A stretch of 64,000 nt of DNA from positions 5,952,001 to 6,016,000 of the forward strand of contig NC_092002.1 in the NCBI RefSeq assembly GCF_044704955.1, given 5' to 3'. The position numbers and the translations under genes were made by a program. This DNA is from Pristiophorus japonicus (lineage: Eukaryota). Position 1 is the first letter of the stretch. The number at the start of each line of letters is the position of its first letter. This document shows positions 24,193 through 36,730 of the stretch, piece after piece. The notes beneath the pieces are model-generated. The model did not search any database, was not told where the DNA came from, and was given only the letters and a program-made list of their open reading frames with translations.

Positions 24193-27100
24193 ACCTCGGA
24201 CTTAAAGGACGATTTATTAGAAGTGTAATGTTTGTAACTGTAAACAGTAACGTTAAAATGGATTTAAAAATTGCTACTATTAACGTGCGCAGCGTAAAAT
24301 CCACTACGCGATGTGTTTCCACCTTGGGGTACCTCGCCAAGGTCAAAGCAGACCTGCTGTTCTTGCAGGAGTGCGGTCTGCCGCACTCCAGCAGTTACCG
24401 GCAGTGGTCACGATGGTGGCCCCATGGACCATCCGTCTGGTCAGGAGGCAACGACAGCCAGTCCTCCGGCCTGGGCATTCTGCTGCGGGGAGGCCACTTC
24501 ACCATCACCGAAGTTAAGGAGGTGGTGGGCGGCCGTCTCCTCGTAGCAGACGTAATGTACAAAAATTCCCCTCTAGGGCTAATTAACGTGTATGCCTCAC
24601 CTCTCAGAAGCGAGTGGCTGGCCCTCTTCCAGCAGCTCCCACTGCTGCTGGCGATGTCCAGGCCGGTCATTCTGGGCGGTGACTTCAACTGCATCATCGA
24701 GGCGGCTGGATGATCCAGCAGAGCCGACAGCAAGCTGGGCACCACGTCCAGACTCCTGATGGACGCGGTAAAAGATGCCAAGCTGTGCGACGTCTTCAGC
24801 AACCCTGCAGACGGAGCACCGCTCAGATACACCTGGTCAAGACCAGACGGGTCCGTCCGTTCCAGAATAGACTTCCTGTTTGTGTCCCACACACTCAAGG
24901 TCAGATCCACCGACGTCACGCCGGTGTTCTTCTCTGACCACTGCCTCCCACAGGAAAACCAGAAAGTTGGCAGAGGGATGTGGAAGTTGAACGAGAAACT
25001 GTTGACTCCGGAAAACGTTGAGGAACTCAAGAGGGATTACAAAGGTTGGAGAAGCGTAAAGCCCCTCTGCGATTCCCCGATGCACTGGTGGGAAACAATC
25101 AAGACAAACATCAAGAGTTTCTTCATCCTCAAAGGTGTTCAGGAGGCGAGAGGGAGACAGAGGGAATTGTCCCAACTCCAGACGAATATGCAAAACCTGC
25201 TCCTGCTGCAGTCGATGGGGGTCGATGTCGCGGAGGAACTCGAAGAGGTGAAGGGCAGCAAGCCTCGCTCTTTGCCTCAGAGTCCTCCAAAATCATTTTC
25301 CGCTCCAGAGTCCGCTCCGTCGAGCAGGATGAGACGTGTTCGCGCTTCTTCTTCCAGAAGGTACACAGGGGGAGCTCTGTGATCACCAGCCTAAAGGAAG
25401 AAGACGGTTCTGTGACGTCTTCGCAGCCTGACATGCTGAGGATCAGCAAATCCTCCTATGCCAGGCTGTATGACGTCAAGCCCACAGACCGCGCGGCCTC
25501 TCAGTCGTTCCTGTCGTCTATCATGGAGGTCCTAGACGACATCGAGTGGGAGAGTCTGGACCACCCCTTAACTCTGGACGAGCTGACAATGGCCGCCCGG
25601 TCCCTCGAGACGAATAAAACCCCCGGAAGCGACGGCTTACCGGTCGAGTTGTATTCGGCTCTGTGGGACTGGATGGGCCCAGACCTGCTGGAAGTGTACG
25701 AGGATATGCTTCTGGCTGGCAGTATGTCAGAATCAATGAGGAAAGGCATCATCACCCTCATCTACAAGCAGAAGGGGGAGAGGGAGGAAATCCAAAACTG
25801 GCGGCCCATTTCGCTGCTCAATGTGGACTACAAGATCCTGTCAAAGGTCATCGCCAACAGGGTCAAGTCTGCTCTTGAGCTGGTGATTCACCCGGACCAG
25901 ACCTGCGCTGTCCCCGGCAGGAAGATCTCTGATAGCCTCGCGCTACTCAGGGATACGATCGCCTACGTGCGGGACAGGAGGGTGGACACCTGCTTACTCA
26001 GCTTAGACCAGGAGAAGGCCTTTGACAGGATATCGCACACGTACCTGATGGACGTGCTCTCCAAAATGGGGTTTGGGGAGGGTATCTGCAATTGGGTCAA
26101 ACTGCTCTACACAGACATCAGTAGTGCAGTTCTAATCAACGGGTGGGAAACTGAAAGCTTTCCGATCAGATCTGGAGTCAGGCAAGGCTGTCCTCTCTCG
26201 TGTATCTTGTTTGTGTGTTGTATCGAGCCCTTTGCCAGGTCCATCAGGAAGGATGTGGGCATTAGAGGGGTGACGATACCAGGCAGCGGAGGCGCTCAGG
26301 TCAAGATCTCCCTTGTAAAGTCCTGTCCCCTCAGCACAGATTCACACGAGGCATGTAGTGAAGTCAAGGTCACTCTGGACCTGCACCTTTATTTCACAGC
26401 TCTGGAATGCTGCACTTGCCTGAGACCTGTCCTTATATACCTGTCTCTTGCAAGTGCACCCCTGGTGGTAAGGTATGCTGGTGATTACAGGTCATATCTT
26501 ATTACAGTCATGTATAGCATGTTAGGATACAGTTATATATAATAATGTAAGATACATGACATCCCTGTACATGGACGACGTGGCCATCTTTTGCTCGGAT
26601 CCGCAGTCGGTCCCCAGATTGCTCACAATCTGCGACCAGTTTGATTTGGCCTCGGGGGCGAAGGTCACTCGCAGCAAGAGCGAGGCCATGTTCTTTGGCA
26701 ACTGGGCCGACCGATCCTTTGTTCCCTTCACCGTTAAGCCAGATTACCTGAAGGTGTTGGGAATATGATTCGGAGCGGACGGGGCGTGCGCCAAAAACTG
26801 GGAAGAGCGAATCGCCAAAGTGAAGCAAAAACTGGGATGGTGGAAGCTGCGCTTCCTCTCCATGGCAGGAAAGAACCTGGTCATCAGGAGTGAGGTGCTC
26901 TCGGGGTTGCTACACGTGGCACAGGTCTGGCCCATCTCTCGCTCCTGTGCCGCGGCAGTCACCCGGGCCGTCTTCCACTTTGCCTGGAGGTCCAAAATGG
27001 ACCGTGTCCGCAGAGACACAATGTACTAATCTCTGGACAGTGGAGGAAAGGATGTTCCGAACGTGGCCCTCATCCTGATGGCCACCTTTGTGTGCGGCTG

Positions 27101-28325
27101 CATCAAGCTGTGCACAGACCCCCGGTACGCAAACACCAAGTGTCACTACGTGCTGAGGTTCTACCTGTCCCCGGTGTTGCGAAGGATGGGTCTGGCCACG
27201 CTGCCGTGAAACGGCCCCACCAGTTGGACCATGCCTGTCCACCTGTTCTTCGTGGAAACGTTTTTCACAAAAAACCCCTTTGACCACAAAGCCATAAAAC
27301 AGTGGTCAGCACGTAAGGTCCTGGACGCCCTACGAAAGAAGGAGAGGGTGGACCCTGTCGGGTGGTTCCCTGAGCGGACTGTCAAGCTCGTTTGGCAGAA
27401 CGTCTCATCGCCAGAGCTTTCACACAAGCACCAAGACGTAGCTTGGTTGGCGGTGAGGAGGGCCTTACCAGTCAGAGCTTTCATGCACAGCCGACGTCTC
27501 AGCAACACGGCACGGTGCCCCCGAGTCGGCTGTGGGGCGGACGAGACTGTCACCCATCTCCTTCAAGATTGCGCCTTTGCAAGGCAGGTCTGGAAGGAGA
27601 TGCAGTGGTTGCTGTCGAGCTTCATCCCAAGCAGCTCCGTAACACAGGACTCTGTGCTCTACGGGCTGTTCCCAGGGACACACACCGAGACAGACATCAC
27701 CTGCTGCTGGAGGGTCATCAACCCGGTGAAAGAAGCCCTTTGGTCTTGCCCAAACTTGCTGGTCTTCCAGAGCAAGGAGATGTCCACGTCTGCGTGTTGC
27801 AGACTGGCGCAATCCAAGATCCAGGATTACGTGCTGAGGGACGCACTAACAATTGGTGCAGTCGCCGCAAAGGCACGGTGGGGAAGGGCCACAGTTTAAA
27901 GCCCTTCCGCCACGGTAAACCCCGGGGCAGGAATCAGTACAAAACCCCCCTCGGGCCGTACTTGTAACTTCTTTTTTGCATACATGGAGCACCATGACCT
28001 GTAAACACCTATGTAGTGCCATGTACAATGCAAGGTCTGTTTCGTAATGCATGTTGAAAAGAAAAAAATGGAAATGTACCGTCACCCATTCCGTGTACTG
28101 TATAGTGACACATGTAATGTAATTTGTCGAATGTACTACAATGTATCCTGTATTGTACCGAATTGTACTTGAACTGAAAAGCAAGGGAATGTATCGAACG
28201 GAACTGCCGTCAGCACCCAAATGTAGTGTATGGGATTGCTGACCACAGCTAATTGTACAAAACTGCTTTTGAATGTACTGTACAAATTTTTATATGAATA
28301 AAGTATATTTTTGAATTTAAAAAAA
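24193..28325 (+). mobile_element. 5'-truncated Tx1-like (L1 group) non-LTR retrotransposon; ORF2 pseudogene 24258-27899
   Basis: APE endonuclease (TINVR, LFLQE, GGDFN, RIDF, SDH), RT (WRPISLLNVDYKIL, LDQEKAFD, GVRQGCPLS, YMDD) and a C-terminal CCHC (CPRVGC...H...C). AATAAA at 28297 then an A-tail. Flanked by TGCCCCTCCGACAG at 24179-24192 and 28326-28339. In-frame stops and frameshifts. Confidence 0.9.
26314..26561 (-). mobile_element. Solo LTR (Gypsy-like) inside the Tx1 RT
   Basis: TG...CA ends with a perfect 5-bp TSD TCCCT (26309-26313 and 26562-26566). TATATAA and AATAAA on the - strand. Starts TGTCATG like the Gypsy LTR at 10966. Removing it restores KISLYMDD. Confidence 0.88.
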
Positions 28326-30595
28326 TGCCCCTCCGACAGTGTGGCGCTCCCTCAGTGCTGCCCCTCCGACAGAGCGGTGCTCCCTCAGCACTGCCCCTCC
28401 GACAGTGCGGCGCTCCCTCAGTACTGCCCCTCCGACAGTGCGTTGCTCCCTCAGCACGGCCCCTCCGACAGTGCGGCGCTCCCTCAGTACTGCCCCTCCG
28501 ACAGTGCGGCGCTCCCTCAGCACCGCCCCTCCGACAGTGCGGCGCTCCCTCAGCACTGCCCCTCCGACAGTACGGCGCTCCCTCAGTACCGCCCCTCCGA
28601 CAGTGCGGCGCTCCCTCAGTACCGCCCCTCCGACAGTGCGGCGCTCCCTCAGTACTGCCCCTCCGACAGTGCGGCGCTCCCTCAGTACTGCCCCTCCGAC
28701 AGTGCAGCGCTCCCTCAGTAATGTACTGGGAGTGTCAGCCTGGAATTTTGTGCTCAAGTACCTGGAGTGGGACTTGGACCCACAACCCTCTGACTCAGAG
28801 GCGAGAGACGGTGCTACCCACTGAGCAATGGCTGGCACTCAGGACGTCCCAAAGCAAAGCACTTTACAGCAAATGAAGTACTTTTAAGAACATAAGAAAT
28901 AGGAGCAGGAATCGGCCATCCGGCCCCTCGTGCCTTCACTGCCATTCAATAAGATCATGGCTGATCTGATCATGGACTCAGCTCCACTTCCCTGCCCACT
29001 CCCCAAAACCCTATACTCCCTTATCGCTCAAAAATCTGTCTATCTCCACCTTAAATATATTCAATGATCCAGCCTCCACAGCTCTCTGGGGCAGAGAATT
29101 TCATAGATTTACAACCCTTAGAGAGAAGAAATTTCTTCTCATCACAGTTTTAAATGGGGGAGGGGGGGCCCTTATTCGAAGACTATGCCCCCTAGTTCTA
29201 GTCTCCCCCATCAGTGGAAATATCCTCTTTGCATCCACCTTGTCGAGCCCCCTCATTATCCTATACGTTTCAATATGATCACCTCCCATTCTTCTGAATT
29301 CCAATGAGTAGAGGCCCAACCTGCACAACCTTTCCTCATAAGTCAACCCCTTCATCCCCGGAATCAATCTAGTGTTTCGAACTTGTGAAGCTTTTGAAGT
29401 GTGGTCATTGTAACGTGTGACTCTGTGATGCAGGGTTGATTTAATGTGCTTGTTCCCTCGTGTCATCATCATAGGCAGTCCCTCGGAATAGAGGAAGACT
29501 TGCTTCCACTTAGGTGACTAAACAGTCCAATACGAGAGCCACAGTCCCTGTCACAGGTGGGACAGACAGTGGTTGAGGGAAGGGGTGGGTGGGACTGGTT
29601 TGCCGCACGCTCCTTCCGCTGCCTGCGCTTGGTTTCTGCACGCTCTCGGCGACGAGACTCGAGGTGCTCAGCACCCTCCCGGATGCACTTCCTCCACTTA
29701 GGGCGGACTGGTCTTTGGCCAGGGACTCCCAGGTGTCGGTGGGGATGTTGCACTTTATCAGGAAGGCTTTGAGGGTTGTCCCTTGTAACGTTTCCTCTGC
29801 CCACCTTGGGCTCGTTTGCCGTGAAGGAGTTCTGAGTAGAGCGCTTGCTTTGGGAGTCTTATGTCGGGCATGCGGACAATGTGGCCCTGCCCGGCGGAGC
29901 TGGTCGAGTGTGGTCAGTGTGGGCATACCACGGCAACTTCCAGCGCGAACTGTTCCAAGTATGCAACAACTTCGAGGTGAGCAACTGGGTGACGTCAGCA
30001 AGGTCCAGTTTGCCATTTGGAGCGTGTGCAGGAACATCAGCGGGGCCCAGGCACAGCGGAGGAGAGAGCAGGTCGGGGCGGATGAGCGGCGAGAGATCGT
30101 GGCTGAGATGTGACAAGAGGTAAGTGGTGAGAGATCGTGGCGGAGGTGCGGCGAATGCTCGTGGCGGAGGAGCGGCGAGAGACCGTGGCGGAGGTGCGGC
30201 GAATGAGGGTTCGGGGTCCAGATGAGCCGAGGGCCCAGGGGCAGCACGGGGCCAGCCCACACTGTGTGATATGTGCGCGCACTGGGTCCGTGCAGCAGAG
30301 CAGGTCTCCGGTCGTCCTGGTTAATCCTTGCCACTGGACCAAGACCTCGCTCTGTCAAGCCCGTGTGGTGGCTGATGTGCAACGGTCACCACACGTCAAA
30401 AAAATCCACCCACAGGCATCTTCCACCCCCTGGAGATCAGGACTGGAATATTGGGTCCTCCATTTAAACATCAGTGAACTCATCCCTTTTGGTGTGGAAG
30501 CAAGTCATCCTCGTTCGAGGGACCGCCTATGAATGATGCTGTAAGGTTTCTTCTTGTAAGGTTTTGTCTGAGCCACTTATCGTTTTATTTTGCAG

Positions 30596-31436
30596 GATTC
30601 TCCTCACGGTGGTGGTGATCTTCCGAATTCTAATCGTCGCGATTGTCGGGGAGACAGTCTACGAAGACGAGCAGACCATGTTCATGTGCAACACCCTTCA
30701 GCCCGGCTGTAACCAGGCCTGCTACGATCGGGCGTTCCCCATCTCCCACATCCGGTACTGGGTCTTCCAGATCATCCTGGTGTGCACACCGAGCCTCTGC
30801 TTCATCACCTACTCCGTGCACCAGGCCTCCAAGCAGCAGGGCAAGCGATTCTCCGTGCTCTACCCTCACCTGGACCGGGATATCGCCCGGGCTTCCGTGG
30901 AACGCAAGGAGGAGGAGAAGCCCAGAGGCAGCCTGGCCAACGGGATTTTGGGCCAGAGCCCGGAGGGGGCAGGAAAGGCCCCGGAGCCGGACTACCTGGA
31001 GAGCAACCTCTCCCGGTATTTCAGCAGGAAAAACATGAAGCTTCAGTGCCAGGAGGGAATATCGAGACTTTACATCATCCAAGTGGTCTTCAGGAATGCC
31101 TTGGAGATTGGCTTCTTGGTGGGGCAGTACTTCCTCTACGGGTTCCACGTGCCCGCAATCTTCGCGTGTGACCGGTACCCTTGCGTCAAGGAGGTGGAGT
31201 GCTACGTGTCCCGGCCCACGGAGAAGACGGTGTTCTTGGTCTTCATGTTCGCCGTCAGCGGCATTTGCGTGGTGCTCAACCTGGCCGAGCTCAACCACCT
31301 GGGCTGGCGGAAGATCAAGGCGGCCGTCAGAGGGGTGCAGGCCAAGCGGAAATCCGCCGTCGAGCTCAGGAAGAAGGAGCCGCCGTACGTCAGCGCCCAA
31401 GGCAGGACCCAATCAAGCGAGTCTGCGTACGTCTGA
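30596..31436 (+). CDS. Gap junction delta connexin (GJD2-like, probably gjd1/Cx34-type paralog), coding exon 2; spliced protein 303 aa
   Basis: Acceptor TTTTGCAG|G in frame with exon 1. Sequence runs [12 protein letters not shown]..., extracellular cysteines [12 protein letters not shown] and CDRYPC...[10 protein letters not shown], and a C-terminal PDZ-binding QSSESAYV followed by a stop. Intron 18645-30595 (~12 kb). Confidence 0.95.
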
Positions 31437-31792
31437 GCGGCAAGTCTTCAGCGGAGGTCGCCTGCAGCCCGAATGCCAACCACCAAACGCGCGGAAGGAA
31501 TACTTTAATACGACGAAGAAAGATCTGTGCTCGGTCCGTGACTGCAGCATGCCTTTGCAAAGTGTGTCTGGCTAGTAAAGTCAAGATACGTTCAAGGACC
31601 AGGTAGTTCCGAAGAGAAGCCACACCCAATATAAGTTGGGGGGCAATAACATTGCTCACGTTCAACTGGATTCCTAGTCTATGGCACTTGACATTGGAAC
31701 TATATTCAGGATATGAACCAGTGCGATCTGACACATCATTTGACTCAAGATCCACATGATGGATTCTAGTTTATTCGCTACAGTTTTGCATC

Positions 31793-32060
31793 TCTAATGT
31801 ATTTGCTTCATGGGTTCTTTGCTTAAGAATTCATAGCAACACATTGCTATTCAGAACTAGTTGGTTTATTAACAAAGGTTTAACAATCACACGACACATT
31901 ACCAGTTCATCCACCAGGCTCACAACTACATACCTCATCGTGGATGACCGAGACCCAACTGGTTGGGGTTTTATTGAGTCTTGTGAACATCACGTGACTG
32001 GCTTAAGCCACTCACAGTGCAACAGCTTCACACAGCATGCTCACAGGCGCATACATCACA
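31793..32060 (-). mobile_element. Solo LTR (same family as 2734-3006) downstream of the connexin stop
   Basis: Reverse-complement similarity over ~265 bp to 2734-3006. Confidence 0.75.
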
Positions 32061-32954
32061 GTCTCCATTTGGGAATAAAGCCACTCGGAATAGACGACTT
32101 CACAAGAATTGCTCATCAAGGCAAAAAGCAACAGAGGTGTTGCGCTCCTGGGACCGAGGGACAAAGTGGGTTCGATTATTATGTTTTTAGCCCCGGGGCA
32201 TGCATTCAAATTCAGTCCACACTGTCTCCCTCCAATAAATGAGTAGATAAATCCATTCCTTGAACCGTCTAGACCAGGGAGCCCTTGGGATTATATTTCC
32301 CGTCCATGCCAAGTTAGCTAGTCTTGGCCACAGAGAGGGTGAATGATACCAGGGCTAATAGGGTTAAATTATGAGGACAGGTTACACAGACCAGGCTTGT
32401 ATTCCCTCGAATATGGAAGATTAAGAGGTGATCTAATTGAGGTGTTTAAGATGATCAAAGGATCTAACAGGGTAGAGCGAGAGAAACTATTTCCTCTGGT
32501 GGGGGGAGTCCAGAACAAGGGGGCATCACCTTAAAATTAGAGCCAGGCCGTTCAGGGGTGATGTCAGGAAGCACTTCTTCACACAAAGGGCAGTGGGAAT
32601 CTGGAACTCTCTTCCCCAAAAAGCTATTGAGGCCGGGGGATCAATTGAAAAGGTCAAAAATGAGATTGACAGATTTATGTTGTTATGGTTATGGAACAAA
32701 GGCGGATAGAAGGAATTCAGAAACAGATCAGCCAAGATCTAATTAAATGGCAGAACAGGCCCGAGGGGCTGAATGGTTTCCTCCTGTTCCCGTGTTCCTA
32801 GTGTTGCTGTGCAGGTAGTGCTATTATATCGTGTTTATGCTCCACACGAATCTATTCCCACCCAATTACATCTCACTCTATCAGCTTATAACTCTATTCC
32901 TTTCTTTATCATCAACTTATCTAGCTTCCCCTTAAATGCATCTGTACTATTGTA

Positions 32955-33795
32955 GAAAGAAATACTTGCATTTCTATAGCGCCTTTCACAACCAAAACAC
33001 TTTACTGCCAATGAAGTACTTTTGAAGTATCGTCACTGTTGCAATGTAGGAAACACGGCAGCCAATTTGTGCACAACAAGCTCCCACAAACAGCAATGTG
33101 ATAATGACCACATAATCTGTTTTTGTGATGTTGATTGAGGGATAAATATTGGCCCCGGGGCACCGGGCATAACTCCCCTGCTCTTCTTCGAAATAGTGGC
33201 TGTGGGATCTTTTACATCCACCTGAGAGAGCAGACGGGGCTTCGGTTTAACGTGTCATCTGAAAGACAGCACCTCCGACAGTGCGGCGCTCCCTCAGTAC
33301 TGCCCCTCCGACAGTGCGGCACTCCCTCAGTCCTGCCCCTCCAACAGTGCGGTGCTCCCTCAGTACTGTCCCTCCGACAGTGCGGCGCTCCCTCAGTCCT
33401 GCCCTCCGACAGTGCGGCGCTCCCTCAGCACTGCCCCTCCGACAGTGCAGCATTCCCTCAGCACTGCCCCTCCGACAGTGCGGCGCTCCCTCAGCACTGC
33501 CCCTCCAACAGTGCAACACTCCCTCAGTACTGTCCCTCCGACAGTGCGGCGCTCCCTCAGTACTATCCCTCCGACAGTGCGGCGCTCCTTCAGCACTGCC
33601 CCTCCGACAGTGCGGCCTTCCTTCAGCACTGCCCCTCCGACAGTGCAACACTCCCTCAGCACTGCCCCTCCGACAGTGCGGCGCTCCTTCAGCACTGCCC
33701 CTCCGACAGTACAACACTCCCTCAGCACTGCCCCTCCGACAGTGCGGCGCTCCCTTAGTACTGCCCCTCCGACAGTGCGGCGCTCCTTCAGCACT
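32955..33795 (-). mobile_element. Same SINE, ~16 degenerate 33-bp units
   Basis: Tail, core and array; head missing. Confidence 0.78.
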
Positions 33796-36159
33796 CAGTA
33801 CTACCAACTATACTGCTCTGAAATTGTATTTTCATTGAGAAACATTAGGAATCAAAACTCTTACTCATTTTTTTCTCTTTCTCTTTCTTTAGTTCCATAA
33901 ATATATATATATTTTTTAAGACTTTTTTTAACAAGGGGCATTTTGGTTGCTGTCACTTTTTCTCAGTAACCCTTCTTCATTCTCCTTACATAAGAACATA
34001 AGAAATAGGAGCAGGAGTCGGCCATTCGGCCCCTCGAGCCTGCTCCGCCATTCAATGAGCTCATGGCTGATCTGATCTTGGCCTCAACTCCACTTCCCCG
34101 CCCGCTCTCCATAGCCCTTCACTCCCTTATCATTCAAAATGTATCTATCTCCACCTTGAATACGTTCAATGACCCAGCCTCCACAGCTCTCTGGGGCAGA
34201 GAATTCCAAAGATTCATGACCCTCTGAGAGAAGAAATTCCTCCTCATCTCCGTCTTAAATGGGTGACTCCTTTATTCTGAAACTATGCCTCTTAGTTCTC
34301 GATTCCCCCACGAGGGGAAACATCCTCTCTGCATACACCCTGTCCAGCCCCCTCAGAATCTTATACCTTTCAATAAGATCACCTCTCATTCTTCTAAACT
34401 CCAATGAGTACAGGCCCAACCTGCTCAACCTTTCCTCATAAGACAACCCCTTCATCTCAGGAATCGACCAAGTGAACCGTCTCTGAACTGCCTCCAATGC
34501 AAGTATATCCCTCCTTAAATAAGGAGCCTTAGCATGGGCCTGGGACCGGCTGTAAGGCCAGTGGGAAGGCATAGGCCGGTTAGTTATTTCATCTTATGTT
34601 CTGAGAGGTCGATGCTGGTGGGATCTTTATTTATAAATGACTGAGCAAGAACCTTCTTTGTTCGATGAGGCCCCAATCCTGGAACCCCCTGCCTAACAGC
34701 ACTGTGGGAGCACCTTCACCACACGGACTGCAGTGGTTCAAGAAGGTGGCTCACCACCACCTTCCCAAAGGGCAATTAGGGATGGACAATAAATGGCGGC
34801 TTTGCCAGCGACGCCTACATCCCATGGGCAAATAACAAAAAAATAATAATTCACCAAAACAGTAGTGGGAAAAAGTTAACTCCTAAGCGGCAAATCCTGG
34901 AAAGTCTGTACCTTTATTGGAGTGAGGAGTGGCATTCTGATTAACAACAACTTATATTTATATAGCGCCTTTAATGTAGTGAAACGTCCCAAGGTGCTTC
35001 ACAGGAGTATTATGAGACAAAAATATTTGACACCGAGCCGCATAAGTAGAAATTAGGGCAGGTGACCAAAAGCTTGGTCAAAGAGTTAGGTTTTAAGGAG
35101 CATCTTGAAGGAGGAAAGAGAGGTGGAGAGGTTTAGGGAGGGTGTTCCAGAGCTTGGGGGTCCAGGCAACAGAAGGCACGGCCACCAATGGTGGAGCGAT
35201 TATAATCAGGGATGCTCAAGAGGGCAGAATTAGAGGAGTGCAGACATCTCAGGGGGGATTGCGGGGCTGAAGGAGATAGGGAGGGGCCAGGGCCATGGAG
35301 GGATTTTAAAACAAGGATGAGAATTTTGAAATTAAAATGTTTTAATTCCGATATTTGTATTAAAATATAATTTCAATTTCCGATATCCTTTAAAACAACG
35401 TTGTAGAGATTGTATTTGATCATTGTAAGGGCTGAATCGATTTTTGTTTCTGAATGGTATTAGAATTTCTGTTGATTTTATCCTGAGCTTTGTACTCAAG
35501 ATATGGTGAAAGTATGGAAGGGATTGCATGTCAGATTATTTCATATCTGTGTCTTTTCCTTTGCTGAGAAAATGCCTATTTTCTAATAATCTGTTCATGT
35601 AATAATTGTCGTGGGGTCCAACCAGGACGCAACCACTTCTGCGATGGAATAAAAAAGCTTGTTTTTAACTATGCCTGCCTGGTTCTTGTCTCCAATAGAG
35701 AGAAAGAAACAATGACTTGCATTTCTATAGCACCTTTCACAACCACCGGAGGTCCCAAAGCGCTTTACAGCCAATGAAGTACTTTTTGGAGTGTAGTCAC
35801 TGTTGTAATGTGGGAAACGCGGCAGCCAACTTACGCACAGCAAGCTCCAACACGCAGCAATGCGATAATGACCAGATCATCTGTTTTTGTTATGTTGATT
35901 GAGAGATAAATATTGGCCCCAGGATACCTCGCCTGTTCTTCTTCAAAATAGTGCGCTGTGATCTTTTACATCCGCCTTAGAGAGCAGACGGGGCCTCGGT
36001 TTAATGTCTCATCCGAAAGACGGTACCCCCCAACAGTGCAGCACTGCACTGGGAGTGTCAGCCTGGATTTATGTGCTCAAGTTCCTGGAGTGGGTCTCGA
36101 ACCCACAAACTTCTGACTCAGAGGCAAGTGCACTACCCACTGGGCCACAGCTGACACTG

Positions 36160-36730
36160 AGAGGGGTAGAGAGCGTGAATGGGATAGAAAGAGAGAGAGA
36201 GAGCGAGAGGGATAGAGAGAGGGGCAGAGAGAGTGAGCGAGGGTAGAGAGAGGGGCAGAAAGAGAGAGCGAGGGTAGAGAAAGGGGTAGAGGGAGAGAGG
36301 GGCAAAGAGAGGGGTAGAGGGAGAGAGGGGCAAAGAGAGGGGCAGAGAGAGAGAGAGGGAGCAAGGGTAGAGGGGCAGAGAGAGAGAGGGGCAGAGCGAG
36401 AGAGAGGGACTGAGAGAGAGAGGGGCAAAGAGAGAGGGTAGAGGGGCACAGAGAGCGAGAAGGGCTGAGAGAGAGAGAGAGAGGGACTGAGAGAGAGGGT
36501 AGAGAGAGGGGCAGAGAGAGAGCGCGAAGGGCTGAGAGAGAGGGATGGAGAGGGAGAGAGAGAGGGACAGAGAGAGAGGGGCGAAGAAAGAGACGGGCAG
36601 AGAGAGCGGCAGAAAGAGGGCAGAGATAGAGAGGAACAAAGAGAGATAGAGAAGGGCAGAGAGAGATAGAGAGGGGCAGAAAGAGATAGAGGGGGCAGAG
36701 AGAGAAGCAGGGAAAGGGAGAGTGAGAGGA
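36160..36730. repeat. GA-rich low-complexity purine tract
   Basis: Almost entirely G/A on the + strand, with a recurring AGAGAGAGGGGC. Confidence 0.9.

Larger units (their letters stand above)
23840..28835 (-). mobile_element. Same SINE split by the Tx1 insertion (23840-24192 and 28326-28835)
   Basis: Core plus ~4 units on the left; ~12 units plus the tRNA head on the right. Confidence 0.82.

Noticed and set aside
30564-30595. ORF-track N-terminus [10 protein letters not shown] for the connexin
   Set aside because: It starts at TTG inside the intron's acceptor region. The real N-terminus is exon 1 at 18574.
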